Of a stretch of DNA of 24,417 nt, positions 15,546 through 23,350 are shown piece after piece (position 1 is the stretch's first letter; the number at the start of each line of letters is the position of its first letter). A program made the position numbers and the translations under genes. The stretch comes from a virus: UHGV virus genome UHGV-0187105; one strand, written 5' to 3'. The notes under the pieces were generated by a model. It saw only the letters and a list, made by a program, of their open reading frames with translations. It did not search any database and had not been told where the DNA came from.

Positions 15546-16376
15546 TCAATGAACGGTATCGAGCAGCTTTAACAGCTCAGGGAATCGGGATTCGAAGAAA
15601 TGCGGCTGCGTCTCGCGCGGATTTGCGGGACTGGTGATGTTCTTGCCGAACATGCAGCCTTTCGCCGTCAGCGACCAGAATTTTTTGATGTTGTTAATCG
15701 CGGTACGGCTGTATCGTTCGCGCTGTTCGACGATCCCCAGCTTCACCATCTGGTGATATGCCTGATTAGCCGTAAGGCGGATACCATACTGCTTCAGCAG
15801 TGCACTCAATGATAGCGTAGGGCGGCTTGAGCCATCGAGTGCATCAGCAGGAGCATCAATGGCATAGCGCGGTGCCAGATTCGGTAAGCCAACAGCCTCC
15901 TGGTGTTTCTGACAGGCACCAAGCACAGATGAGTTAGACAGGTTTAACTCCCGACGCATAAAGTCCAGCAGAATCACACCAGCCTGCATCTTGTCAGCAG
16001 CCTGTCCGGATAATTTTTCCGGTGCGCTGGTTACCATGTCGAAAGTACGGATCACCTTCAGATGGAATGACGGGCTGATCCACATTGCATAGGCATACAC
16101 CAGTTCTTTGCAGACATACGTCCCCTGGTTATTTCCGCCACGAATAACGTTAACTGGCTCTATATTGACCGAGTTGCAAATCTGCAACTCGCTTATTAAA
16201 CGTTCAGTTTGCTCATTGCGGAGCCAGAATGCAGGCTTATGCTTATCCAGAGAACCGGCAGCCCTGTGCAGATCGTTCAGGCTGTAACGACCATAAGCAT
16301 CACGACGAACTTCAATACCATCAATGACCATCAGATTATTCATACTTCGTTTCTCCTCTTGATCAGGCGGCTGCAC
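15546..16376 (-). CDS. KilA-N domain protein (antirepressor-like)
   Basis: N-terminal region NNLMVIDGIEVRRDAYGRYSLNDLHRAAG...KPAFWLRNEQTERLISEL fits the KilA-N pattern. Track start is GTG at 16376; an ATG at 16343 with GAGGAG about 9 nt upstream is more likely and removes the overlap with rusA. Confidence 0.6.
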   Translation of the reverse strand: MQPPDQEEKRSMNNLMVIDGIEVRRDAYGRYSLNDLHRAAGSLDKHKPAFWLRNEQTERLISELQICNSVNIEPVNVIRGGNNQGTYVCKELVYAYAMWISPSFHLKVIRTFDMVTSAPEKLSGQAADKMQAGVILLDFMRRELNLSNSSVLGACQKHQEAVGLPNLAPRYAIDAPADALDGSSRPTLSLSALLKQYGIRLTANQAYHQMVKLGIVEQRERYSRTAINNIKKFWSLTAKGCMFGKNITSPANPRETQPHFFESRFPELLKLLDTVH

Positions 16377-16752
16377 CCGCCGTTTTCTCGTACTTACTGA
16401 TAGTGATCTCGACCTTCCCTTTCGGGATAACCGGTCCCCACTCCACCAGCATTCTTTTCACCTGACTGTCGTCTTCCCACACACCCGCGTGGGTCAGGGC
16501 GTCAAACAGCGCCTTGTTATAGTTGTCCAGATCGCGGATCCGGTTATCCGGAGGAAACAACACGATCTCCACTGAAGCAGGTGCCGACGTTGGTTTCGGC
16601 AGACGACGTAACTGCTCAACTATTGCTGCACACGCCGCGCTCTGGAATTTGCGCCCCGCTGCGCTTATCAGGCTCTTACCAGCAAACGCCCCTTTGTTGG
16701 GGTGTCGCCAGTACGTGTTCACGCTGGGCGGAAAAGGCAGTATTAGCTTCAT
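16363..16752 (-). CDS. rusA: Holliday junction resolvase RusA
   Basis: 129 aa; motifs LPFPPSVNTYWRH and RIRDLDNYNKALFDALTHAGVWEDDSQV match my recollection of E. coli RusA ([36 protein letters not shown]). Confidence 0.85.
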   Translation of the reverse strand: MKLILPFPPSVNTYWRHPNKGAFAGKSLISAAGRKFQSAACAAIVEQLRRLPKPTSAPASVEIVLFPPDNRIRDLDNYNKALFDALTHAGVWEDDSQVKRMLVEWGPVIPKGKVEITISKYEKTAGAAA

Positions 16753-17075
16753 ACTTTCAGGCCCCTCTCATGTAACCAGTGGGCTGCACGCAGCCTGGCG
16801 TTTTCCTCACCGGCAAGCAGTGAGCGGATAATCCCGACCGCCTCGCTGTCGTCGTCCTTCACCGCGGTATGAAGAGTGATACCACGGGCCACGCCACGCT
16901 TTATCGTGATGACGCCTTTTTTCTCCAGTGCTCTAAGATGCTCCACCGCTGCATTCACTGAACGGTATCCCAGCATGGTTGCCACCTCCTGATTGGTTGG
17001 CGGGAAGCCACGTTCTTTCTGATAAGAAATCAGCATATCCAGCACCTGCTGCTGGCATTGAGTTAACGTCGTCAT
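16749..17075 (-). CDS. LexA-N-terminal-like winged-helix DNA-binding protein (no protease domain)
   Basis: 108 aa; QQQVLDMLISYQKERGFPPTNQEVATMLGYRSVNAAVEHLRALEKKGVI resembles the LexA N-terminal DNA-binding domain ([49 protein letters not shown], from memory). Confidence 0.55.
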   Translation of the reverse strand: MTTLTQCQQQVLDMLISYQKERGFPPTNQEVATMLGYRSVNAAVEHLRALEKKGVITIKRGVARGITLHTAVKDDDSEAVGIIRSLLAGEENARLRAAHWLHERGLKV

Positions 17076-17758
17076 GCCGCCATCTCCCTGACAAGTTTTT
17101 CTGCCTGCTGGCGAACCTGCGCCAGAAAGGCCTCACCACATGCCTCAAGTTCATCGCGCCCGATGTAGCTGATTGCCGGTCCCTTCCAGGTCTTGTCGAA
17201 AACAGCAATAGCACCAGCGAAGAACGCTCCTGTCGGCACCTGCTTCTCGTCCTTCGGGATAAACCAGGCAGGCAGTTCAAAACCAATACGCCCGCGAATA
17301 AAAGCAATATGGTCCGCATCTTCCGGCCACCACACTTCGCTGGTGGCAGCTTTGATCAGGAAAACATAGCGCCCGCCCTTATCACGCATGGCACTGGCAT
17401 GTTTCATGATGTAACGCATGCCGGTGATGTATTGCCCCTCATGCTGACTGGCGCGGCTGTATGGGGGATTACCAAAGGCAGCACCTTTAAGCTCCGCAAG
17501 ACGTTCTGACCAGTCATGCGCCAGCGCGTTGTCTTCCGCCGTGTAATACGCGGCACATTTGGCGTTATCACCGTCAGTGAACAGATCCAGAACAAACGGG
17601 CCAAACAGGGTGTTAATTCCCCAGAAAATGTTGTCCGGCGTGCGCCACTGATCGCCCACTTCCTTCAGTTCATGGGCTGGTTTGTTCCGCAGTTCCACCA
17701 GCGTCTGGCAATATTTATTACTCATTAAGCCCCCACGTAATTCCCTGACAGATACCAC
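17072..17758 (-). CDS. DNA N6-adenine methyltransferase (phage Dam-type)
   Basis: Contains the NPPY catalytic motif (AFGNPPYS). Track start is GTG at 17758; ATG at 17725 overlaps the upstream gene stop (TAATG) and is the likely start. Confidence 0.75.
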   Translation of the reverse strand: MVSVRELRGGLMSNKYCQTLVELRNKPAHELKEVGDQWRTPDNIFWGINTLFGPFVLDLFTDGDNAKCAAYYTAEDNALAHDWSERLAELKGAAFGNPPYSRASQHEGQYITGMRYIMKHASAMRDKGGRYVFLIKAATSEVWWPEDADHIAFIRGRIGFELPAWFIPKDEKQVPTGAFFAGAIAVFDKTWKGPAISYIGRDELEACGEAFLAQVRQQAEKLVREMAA

Positions 17759-18219
17759 TCTTCACCCGATGCAGCGCGCTTGCTGCTTTTCCGTAAGCAC
17801 CGCTCACGACGCGCCAGAAAATTGTTTCGTTCTGGCTGGGAGTGGCTTTCACGGAATGCCGCCATCCACACGGTTGCAGCACGACGGTATAAGCCCCTGG
17901 ACTCCAGTTCTTCCGCCTGGCGGGTCAGGCACAAAATCACACGGGGATCGTTAGTGCCGACATAGAAATTGCGCACAGGTCTGGTTTCACGAACTGGTTG
18001 TGGTTCCGGTTCCTGCGCTCTCTCAGTCAGGCGCGGGAAATGTCTGCGTGTATCTCCTTCACAACGGTGAGCCACACGCCCACTCTGACGTAACTTGCTT
18101 GCTGACTGCAGAACTCGCTGCCGTGAGTAACCTGCAAAAGCATCCGCAATGTCTCCGGAAGTACACCCCGGATGGGCTTCAATGAATTTCTGAACGTCAT
18201 TCAACAGACTCATGATCAC
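17725..18219 (-). CDS. Two-domain regulator: N-terminal winged-helix-like region plus C-terminal PerC-like motif
   Basis: C-terminal QAEELESRGLYRRAATVWMAAF resembles the conserved GL(W/Y)RRAA..W core I recall for PerC/Pch-family activators; the N-terminal half looks like a winged-helix domain. Likely start ATG at 18213. Confidence 0.4.
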   Translation of the reverse strand: MIMSLLNDVQKFIEAHPGCTSGDIADAFAGYSRQRVLQSASKLRQSGRVAHRCEGDTRRHFPRLTERAQEPEPQPVRETRPVRNFYVGTNDPRVILCLTRQAEELESRGLYRRAATVWMAAFRESHSQPERNNFLARRERCLRKSSKRAASGEEWYLSGNYVGA

Positions 18220-19157
18220 CCCCTGAATCCTGCCGGGATCTGGCTGTAGTCCACGTTGTCGTAACTGGCTTTGAAGTACGGGTCTTCGCGTTTTTCGGTG
18301 TACGTGCTGACGGACGGCGATAAGCGCAGGGAAAGCTCATCCCATTTTTCCCGCAGCTTCGACGGGCTGAGCACGTTACGGCACCAGAACGGATCGCGAC
18401 TGACGCGGCTGTACATCTCGCAGATTTGTTTATGAGTACGACCATCCTGCACACACATCAGGCGAATTTCGTTTGCCCAGGCTGTCCAGTTCGGTTCTTT
18501 GGGACGAACCACCTCGCCGTCACATTCGGCGGCCTGCTCGTACAGGGCGATGATTTTTTTCCAGAGCCACTGTGCGCAGGTCAAATCATCCTGCGTTCCC
18601 CACTGGCGCTTTTTAGGGCTGAATACAACCGCATCAGGATGGCGAGTTAAAAACTCCTGTTCAGCCGTCTGCGTGTCCGGTTGCGAAGCGTCCGGACGAG
18701 AAGTTTTTTTATCTGACGGATCATGTTTTGATTTTACTGACGGATCCCCGCCAGATTCTGACGGGTGAAAAACCGCTTTTTTGCCAGATTTCGACGCATC
18801 AAATTTTGACGGGTCAGATTTTGATGCGTCAGATTTTGACGGGTCAGAATCTGACAGTTGAGAAAATGCCGCTGCCTGAAGCTTCGCAACGTTAAGCTGA
18901 TAAACATTCGACGCATTGCGGTTACCCTGGCGACGCGCCTTACGCGTTAACCAGCCTTCTGCTTCCAGCCGTGCGATAGCCGTTCTGACGGTACTCATCC
19001 CCGCGCCAATCTGGCGGGCAATGGTTTCAATTGATGGCCAGCACACACCTTCGTCATTACTGAAATCAGCTAGGCGGGCCATAATTGCCACGCTGGATAA
19101 TTTCATGCCTGACGCAGCGCAACCATCCCATACATAGCCGGTTAATTTAGTGCTCAT
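18216..19157 (-). CDS. Replication initiator, O-like (N-terminal HTH; iteron array inside coding sequence)
   Basis: 313 aa at the position of lambda O, after the cro-proximal genes; N-terminal winged-helix-like domain; the central linker SDPSKSDASKSDPSKFDASKSGKK is encoded by tandem 15-bp DNA repeats, as the lambda ori iterons are inside O. Confidence 0.55.
   Translation of the reverse strand: MSTKLTGYVWDGCAASGMKLSSVAIMARLADFSNDEGVCWPSIETIARQIGAGMSTVRTAIARLEAEGWLTRKARRQGNRNASNVYQLNVAKLQAAAFSQLSDSDPSKSDASKSDPSKFDASKSGKKAVFHPSESGGDPSVKSKHDPSDKKTSRPDASQPDTQTAEQEFLTRHPDAVVFSPKKRQWGTQDDLTCAQWLWKKIIALYEQAAECDGEVVRPKEPNWTAWANEIRLMCVQDGRTHKQICEMYSRVSRDPFWCRNVLSPSKLREKWDELSLRLSPSVSTYTEKREDPYFKASYDNVDYSQIPAGFRG
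18713..18855. repeat. Iteron-like tandem direct repeats (candidate origin of replication)
   Basis: At least six degenerate 15-bp units of form TGAYGSRTCAGATTT (e.g. cgacgcatcaaattt, tgacgggtcagattt, tgatgcgtcagattt, tgacgggtcagaatc) in phase with the O-like reading frame; short T-rich tract at 18700-18711. Confidence 0.6.
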
Positions 19158-19166
19158 GACCGACCT

Positions 19167-19505
19167 CTATTTCCCTGAATTTACGACGAAACTGTTCGAG
19201 CGGGCTGAAGCACTCATGCTCATAGCCTTCGCGGAGGTAGATAACCCGTTGTGTTTCCGGTTCCCAACGAATGACTCTGACGGGCACTCCGTAGTGATCT
19301 TTGAACCAGCGGTTAACTTGTCGCAAAGGACTGTCTCCTTCTGCCGGTTGAAATCACCCACAGCCCACTCAGCAAAGCTGTGGGTTACAATTTCCCTGTC
19401 ACCTGGTACATTCACTGCATAGCAATACTCCACCTTCGCTTTTCCACCCGGTACAGGAAGTGCAATCAGTTGCGAGCGACGGTAGTGTGTTGTTAAACTG
19501 TTCAT
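19167..19505 (-). CDS. Hypothetical protein (112 aa)
   Basis: ATGA start/stop overlap with the upstream gene and 10-nt gap to the O-like gene suggest translational coupling in the early-right operon. No family recognised. Confidence 0.45.
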   Translation of the reverse strand: MNSLTTHYRRSQLIALPVPGGKAKVEYCYAVNVPGDREIVTHSFAEWAVGDFNRQKETVLCDKLTAGSKITTECPSESFVGNRKHNGLSTSAKAMSMSASARSNSFVVNSGK

Positions 19506-20167
19506 GCGTTAGTTTCTCCACAGTCACGACACGCCACGGCGCCCGGAGCTGCACACTCGCGGGCGTCATTACTTTCTGAAATGCAAAAAATTTTGTAGAC
19601 CAGTGCTGCATGCTCCTGCAGCTTCGAAATTGAGAGATACAGCTCGTCGTTAATTGCTGTCTTCTCATGCGGTTCCACCACACCGTCTTCGATTGCCGAA
19701 CGAATCTGTCTGGAATAACTGCCAATCTGTTCAATGACTTCCAGCAGGCGCTGGTTAATATCGGCGTTGTCCACATCCTCGACGTCAGGAAGAGACACAA
19801 AGACGCCATTTGCAGACTGCGCCACAGCGTCAGCAATGAAGTGAGTTCCACCAGCACGTTGCAAAATCATTGCCCATCCCAGCGGGAAAATCTGATCGCC
19901 ATCGGCACGAAGGCGGTTAAATAATGCGTTTTCTGTTACATCCAGCCAGTCAGCTGCTTCAGCGTAACCACCCGGCAACGCTGCGATAGTTTTTCTGACA
20001 GCTTTCACGTACCACTCAGGCTGTTTTTCTACTTTCCAGTGATGCTTACCCACGGTTAGCCTCATCGTTCTGTGGTTTCTGTTAATCGATTTATCCATTA
20101 GATTTTTCATAAAGCTCAGGTTTAAATGGCAACCGTCCGCAAGTTCTATATGCAGCTTCTGCTGCAC
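19502..20167 (-). CDS. Early regulatory protein, CII/YdaT-like by position (family uncertain)
   Basis: 221 aa ORF directly downstream of the cro-like gene; annotated start overlaps cro by 77 nt, so the true start may be an internal Met (20110 or 20098). Confidence 0.4.
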   Translation of the reverse strand: MQQKLHIELADGCHLNLSFMKNLMDKSINRNHRTMRLTVGKHHWKVEKQPEWYVKAVRKTIAALPGGYAEAADWLDVTENALFNRLRADGDQIFPLGWAMILQRAGGTHFIADAVAQSANGVFVSLPDVEDVDNADINQRLLEVIEQIGSYSRQIRSAIEDGVVEPHEKTAINDELYLSISKLQEHAALVYKIFCISESNDARECAAPGAVACRDCGETNA

Positions 20168-20291
20168 GTCCTTTTGGAATTAACTGGCCCGGACGGTTTC
20201 GCCACTGATAAACGGCTTCAGTTGTTATGCCGAAAAAAGCAGCAACTTTCTCAATACTGCCGAAGTAGCTTTCGATATCGTCAGTTGTCAT
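20091..20291 (-). CDS. Cro-like HTH repressor (Cro/YdaS-type)
   Basis: 66 aa; HTH segment VAAFFGITTEAVYQWRNR; divergent from the CI-type repressor across a 97-bp operator region; GGAGG 4 nt upstream of the ATG. Confidence 0.7.
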   Translation of the reverse strand: MTTDDIESYFGSIEKVAAFFGITTEAVYQWRNRPGQLIPKGRAAEAAYRTCGRLPFKPELYEKSNG

Positions 20292-20388
20292 ACGCCCTCC
20301 AAACTAAGTTTTATTAGATGCTAATTACAAATCTATCTTTGGTCAATAAAAACTAAGATTACTTAGCAATTCAAGAAATGGTGCTCCT
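20292..20388. promoter_or_regulatory. Divergent immunity control region (OR-like operators with candidate pR)
   Basis: Repeated ACTAAG-core motifs (aaactaagtttt at 20301-20312; palindrome CTAAG-atta-CTTAG at 20353-20366). Candidate rightward promoter on the minus strand: TTGACC (20346-20341) - 17 nt - TAGCAT (20323-20318). Confidence 0.55.
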
Positions 20389-21015
20389 ATGGAAACGGTT
20401 GGTCAGCGTATAAAAGCTCTGAGAAGAGTTACCGGAACGTCCCAGAAAGAATTGGGTAAATTTTGTGGAGTAAGCGACGTTGCTGTGGGGTACTGGGAGA
20501 AAGACATCAATACCCCTGGTGGGGAGGCACTTTCGAAATTAGCGAAGTTCTTCAATACGTCAATAGATTACATTCTTTATGGTGCTGAGTTTGAAGGCAA
20601 ACTCGTCACAAACATGCGCAGAGTTCCTGTAATATCGTGGGTTCAGGCTGGGCAGTTTACTGAGTGCAGGGCAGCAGAAGTGTTTAGTGAAGTGGACAAG
20701 TGGGTAGATACATCATTAAAGATTGGTGATAACTCATTTGCATTAGAGGTTAAAGGTGACTCCATGACTAACCCTAATGGCCTCCCAACAATACCAGAAG
20801 GCGCAACAGTGATTGTAGATCCAGATGCAGAACCTCGTCATGGAAAAATAGTCATCGCTCGACTTGATGGAACAAACGAAGCTACAGTTAAAAAATTAGT
20901 CATCGATGGCCCTCAAAAGTTTTTAGTGCCATTAAATCCTCGGTATCCCAACATCCCTATCAATGGTAATTGCCTTATCATTGGTGTAGTCAAAGGAGTT
21001 CAATACGAACTCTAA
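20389..21015 (+). CDS. CI-type phage repressor (N-terminal HTH, C-terminal S24 LexA-like autopeptidase)
   Basis: 208 aa; N-terminal HTH (GTSQKELGKFCGVSDVAVGYWE); C-terminal domain with GDSM serine motif and a downstream Lys (VKKL) consistent with the Ser-Lys dyad of self-cleaving repressors. Confidence 0.85.
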   Translation: METVGQRIKALRRVTGTSQKELGKFCGVSDVAVGYWEKDINTPGGEALSKLAKFFNTSIDYILYGAEFEGKLVTNMRRVPVISWVQAGQFTECRAAEVFSEVDKWVDTSLKIGDNSFALEVKGDSMTNPNGLPTIPEGATVIVDPDAEPRHGKIVIARLDGTNEATVKKLVIDGPQKFLVPLNPRYPNIPINGNCLIIGVVKGVQYEL

Positions 21016-21100
21016 GACCTCTCTTCTCTAACTAAGGCACCGAACTAAGAAAAGTTTGGTGTTTTCTCTTGCCATAATAACTAAGTTAAGTTAGATTTTA
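21016..21100. promoter_or_regulatory. Second cluster of operator-like ACTAAG motifs immediately 3' of the repressor gene
   Basis: taACTAAGg (21030-21037), gaACTAAGaaaAGTTt (21043-21058), taACTAAGttaAGTTag (21079-21094): same core as the cro-proximal sites, two with an AACT-N6-AGTT inverted arrangement. Confidence 0.4.
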
Positions 21101-21221
21101 TATCAAAGATAACGAACAGGCAGGACGCCCACGAAGTAGCCGCCTGGGGCATATGAAGTCCAGGATGATTCGTTGAGTCATGTTGTGCCACCAGGCACTC
21201 ATGTTAAAGCAGGTGTATGAA

Positions 21222-21497
21222 ATGAAAGTCCAGATTTTAAACAATAACTGTGAAGTCGTTTGGTCATACGACATAGCCGCCCCTGTAGATCAGAGCGGCG
21301 ATAGCTGGACCAATGGGAAACATCAGATTATGGCTGGAGTTGTGTTCTCTTTACGCCGTGCTTTGGAACAGGCTGAAGTATTTCCATCAGACCCTGAATG
21401 GAAATGGCCTTTTTCTATTTGTCCAAATTCGGAGAGCACATTTCAGAAAATTGGTCAGAAAGTCGCACTCGAAGAGCATCAGCCAACTGTTTCCTGA
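21222..21497 (+). CDS. Hypothetical protein at the rex-equivalent position downstream of the repressor gene
   Basis: Track ORF 21180..21497; in-frame ATG at 21222 has AGGTG 6 nt upstream and is the likely start (91 aa). 3' end overlaps a minus-strand ORF by 83 nt. Confidence 0.4.
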   Translation: MKVQILNNNCEVVWSYDIAAPVDQSGDSWTNGKHQIMAGVVFSLRRALEQAEVFPSDPEWKWPFSICPNSESTFQKIGQKVALEEHQPTVS

Positions 21498-21660
21498 TTT
21501 TTTCAGGTAACTCGTCGGCATCGCAGAAACAACAACGCTCGATCATGTTGAAAGCCGATTCGTAGAACTGTTTCTGCTGAGTGTCGCTGAGACAGGAAAA
21601 GAGCGACGTTACGATGATTTTATTAATTGCATTATCAAGTTCTTTTTCATCAAAAGTCAT
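21415..21660 (-). CDS. Hypothetical acidic 81 aa protein, antisense-overlapping the previous ORF
   Basis: ATG at 21660 preceded by AAGGAAAA about 8 nt upstream; balanced protein-like composition; transcribed toward the repressor gene. Confidence 0.4.
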   Translation of the reverse strand: MTFDEKELDNAINKIIVTSLFSCLSDTQQKQFYESAFNMIERCCFCDADELPEKIRKQLADALRVRLSDQFSEMCSPNLDK

Positions 21661-21779
21661 TTGATTTTCCTTTTATGTATACGGGCTTAAAAGGATACCA
21701 CCGAGCCTGAAGTGGTGAAAAGACAGGCACATAACAGCTAAGTATTTTCAACCAGAGAGAATCCTTAGCGTTGTGGTGA

Positions 21780-22090
21780 ATGCGGCTCAGCGCACGCGGG
21801 TTAAGGTTGAGGCTGACAGTCGACCTTCTGTGGATACCCACCCGCCTGGTGTGCAACCTTCGCCAGGCACCGGGAGGCACCCGGCACCACAACTTTATGC
21901 TGTGTGTAGTCCTGGCGGTACCAGTTTGTACCCTTGCTTCCGGCTGGTACCGTCCTTTTTACAAAACAGAGAAGAGCATCACCGGACGACGGGCTCATAA
22001 CCCAATCCATCCGGGCGGCAGTCACCGCAGGTGTTCTTCTCTGTTTTGTGGAGAAACTAACCGACCTTGCAGGGTCGATATGATGAGGAG
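21780..22090 (+). promoter_or_regulatory. GC-rich, hairpin-dense non-coding leader of the early-left operon (candidate cis-acting antitermination or attenuator RNA)
   Basis: No credible ORF; successive hairpins (tcagc...gctga 21786-21815; gcctgg...ccaggc; ccggg-aggca-cccgg), an internal terminator-like hairpin, then a 17/18-bp long-range stem acaaaacagagaagagca (21961-21978) / tgttcttctctgttttgt (22032-22049) just before the RBS of the first gene. Confidence 0.35.
21916..21960 (+). terminator. Terminator-like hairpin plus T-run inside the leader
   Basis: 9-bp stem cggtaccag / ctggtaccg with a 19-nt loop followed by tccttttt on the plus strand. Confidence 0.4.
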
Positions 22091-22097
22091 CAGCAAA

Positions 22098-22460
22098 ATG
22101 GCTAGCGAACGCAGTACTGATGTGCAGGCATTTATCGGGGAGCTGGACGGCGGCGTATTTGAAACCAAAATCGGCGCAGTTCTCAGTGAAGTCGCTTCCG
22201 GTGTGATGAACACGAAAACCAAAGGTAAGGTCTCACTCAACCTGGAAATCGAACCATTTGATGAAAACCGTGTGAAAATCAAACACAAACTCTCATATGT
22301 TCGCCCGACTAACCGCGGGAAAATTTCCGAAGAAGACACCACCGAAACGCCGATGTATGTCAATCGCGGTGGTCGCCTGACTATTCTGCAGGAAGACCAG
22401 GGACAATTACTGACTCTTGCCGGTGAACCTGACGGAAAACTCCGCGCAGCAGGTCATTAA
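22098..22460 (+). CDS. Hypothetical early protein (first gene after the leader)
   Basis: ATG at 22098 with GAGGAG about 9 nt upstream; the upstream part of track ORF 21780..22460 reads as translated non-coding sequence. Confidence 0.55.
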   Translation: MASERSTDVQAFIGELDGGVFETKIGAVLSEVASGVMNTKTKGKVSLNLEIEPFDENRVKIKHKLSYVRPTNRGKISEEDTTETPMYVNRGGRLTILQEDQGQLLTLAGEPDGKLRAAGH

Positions 22461-22525
22461 TATCGTTCTTAATTAACCGATTATTTATCTCATCACTGAA
22501 TATCTTAATATAGTGAGGACTTATT

Positions 22526-23350
22526 ATGTCTCAAAACTTAGACGCAACCGCATTTAATCAAATCCATGCCCTTATTTCTGCTCAGGGTGTTAATGAAATT
22601 ATCAGTAAGATTGGTGCCGATGCTGTGGCATTGCCTGAGAATTTCCGCATTCATGATCTGGAAAAATTTAATTTAAATCGCTTCCGTTTCCGTGGTGCGC
22701 TTTCCACTGCCAGCATCGATGACTTTACCCGTTATTCTAAAGATCTTGCAGATGAAGGCACCCGCTGCTTTATCGATGCTGATAATATGCGTGCCGTCAG
22801 TGTGCTTAACCTGGGTACTATTGATGAACCAGGTCACGCAGATAACACCGCCACACTCAAACTGAAAAAGACAGCACCGTTCTCTGCTCTGTTGTCTGTT
22901 TACGGCGAGCGTAACTCCCAGAAGTCACTGGCAGAATGGATTGAAGACTGGGCCGACTACCTTGTGGGCTTTGATGCTAATGGTGACGCTATTCAGGCAA
23001 CAAAAGCGGCTGCGGCTGTCCGTAAAATCACGATTGAAGCAAACCAGACCGCTGATTTTGAAGATAATGACTTCAGCGGCAAACGCTCCCTGATGGAGTC
23101 TGTCGAAGCGAAGACCAAAGACATTATGCCAGTGGCATTTGAATTTAAATGCGTTCCGTTTGAAGGTCTGAAAGAACGTCCGTTTAAATTACGCCTCAGT
23201 ATTATCACTGGCGATCGTCCTGTACTGGTTCTACGCATTATTCAGCTGGAGGCGGTGCAGGAAGAAATGGCTAACGAATTTCGTGATCTGCTTGTTGAGA
23301 AATTCAAGGACAGCAAAGTAGAAACCTTTATTGGTACTTTCACCGCCTGA
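22526..23350 (+). CDS. YfdQ-like protein (DUF2303-like), early-left operon
   Basis: 274 aa; GTGAGGA SD 6 nt upstream of the ATG; size and neighbourhood match my recollection of CPS-53 prophage YfdQ followed by YfdR and YfdS. Confidence 0.55.
   Translation: MSQNLDATAFNQIHALISAQGVNEIISKIGADAVALPENFRIHDLEKFNLNRFRFRGALSTASIDDFTRYSKDLADEGTRCFIDADNMRAVSVLNLGTIDEPGHADNTATLKLKKTAPFSALLSVYGERNSQKSLAEWIEDWADYLVGFDANGDAIQATKAAAAVRKITIEANQTADFEDNDFSGKRSLMESVEAKTKDIMPVAFEFKCVPFEGLKERPFKLRLSIITGDRPVLVLRIIQLEAVQEEMANEFRDLLVEKFKDSKVETFIGTFTA

Noticed and set aside
16979-17965. Plus-strand ORFs 16979..17509, 17516..17728, 17682..17954 and 17780..17965 opposite the Dam and PerC-like genes
   Set aside because: Antisense to well-supported minus-strand genes, no RBS, composition typical of spurious ORFs.
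18713-18855. Possibility that the 15-bp tandem repeats are a CRISPR-like array or a tandem-repeat insertion
   Set aside because: The repeats are contiguous with no spacers, stay in frame within a continuous ORF and encode a repetitive linker; this is the iteron arrangement of O-type initiators, not a CRISPR array.
18734-18916. 60-aa minus-strand ORF 18734..18916 (MRRMFISLTLRSFRQRHFLNCQ...)
   Set aside because: Alternative frame across the iteron repeats within the O-like gene; the repetitive translation is an artefact of the DNA repeats.
21650-22097. Track ORFs 21650..21892 (-), 21773..22000 (+), 21801..22025 (-) and the N-terminal 106 codons of 21780..22460 (+)
   Set aside because: All fall in the GC-rich hairpin-dense leader; the translations are Arg/Cys/Pro-rich, the ORFs overlap on both strands, and the only good RBS is at 22098. 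Treated as non-coding structured sequence.
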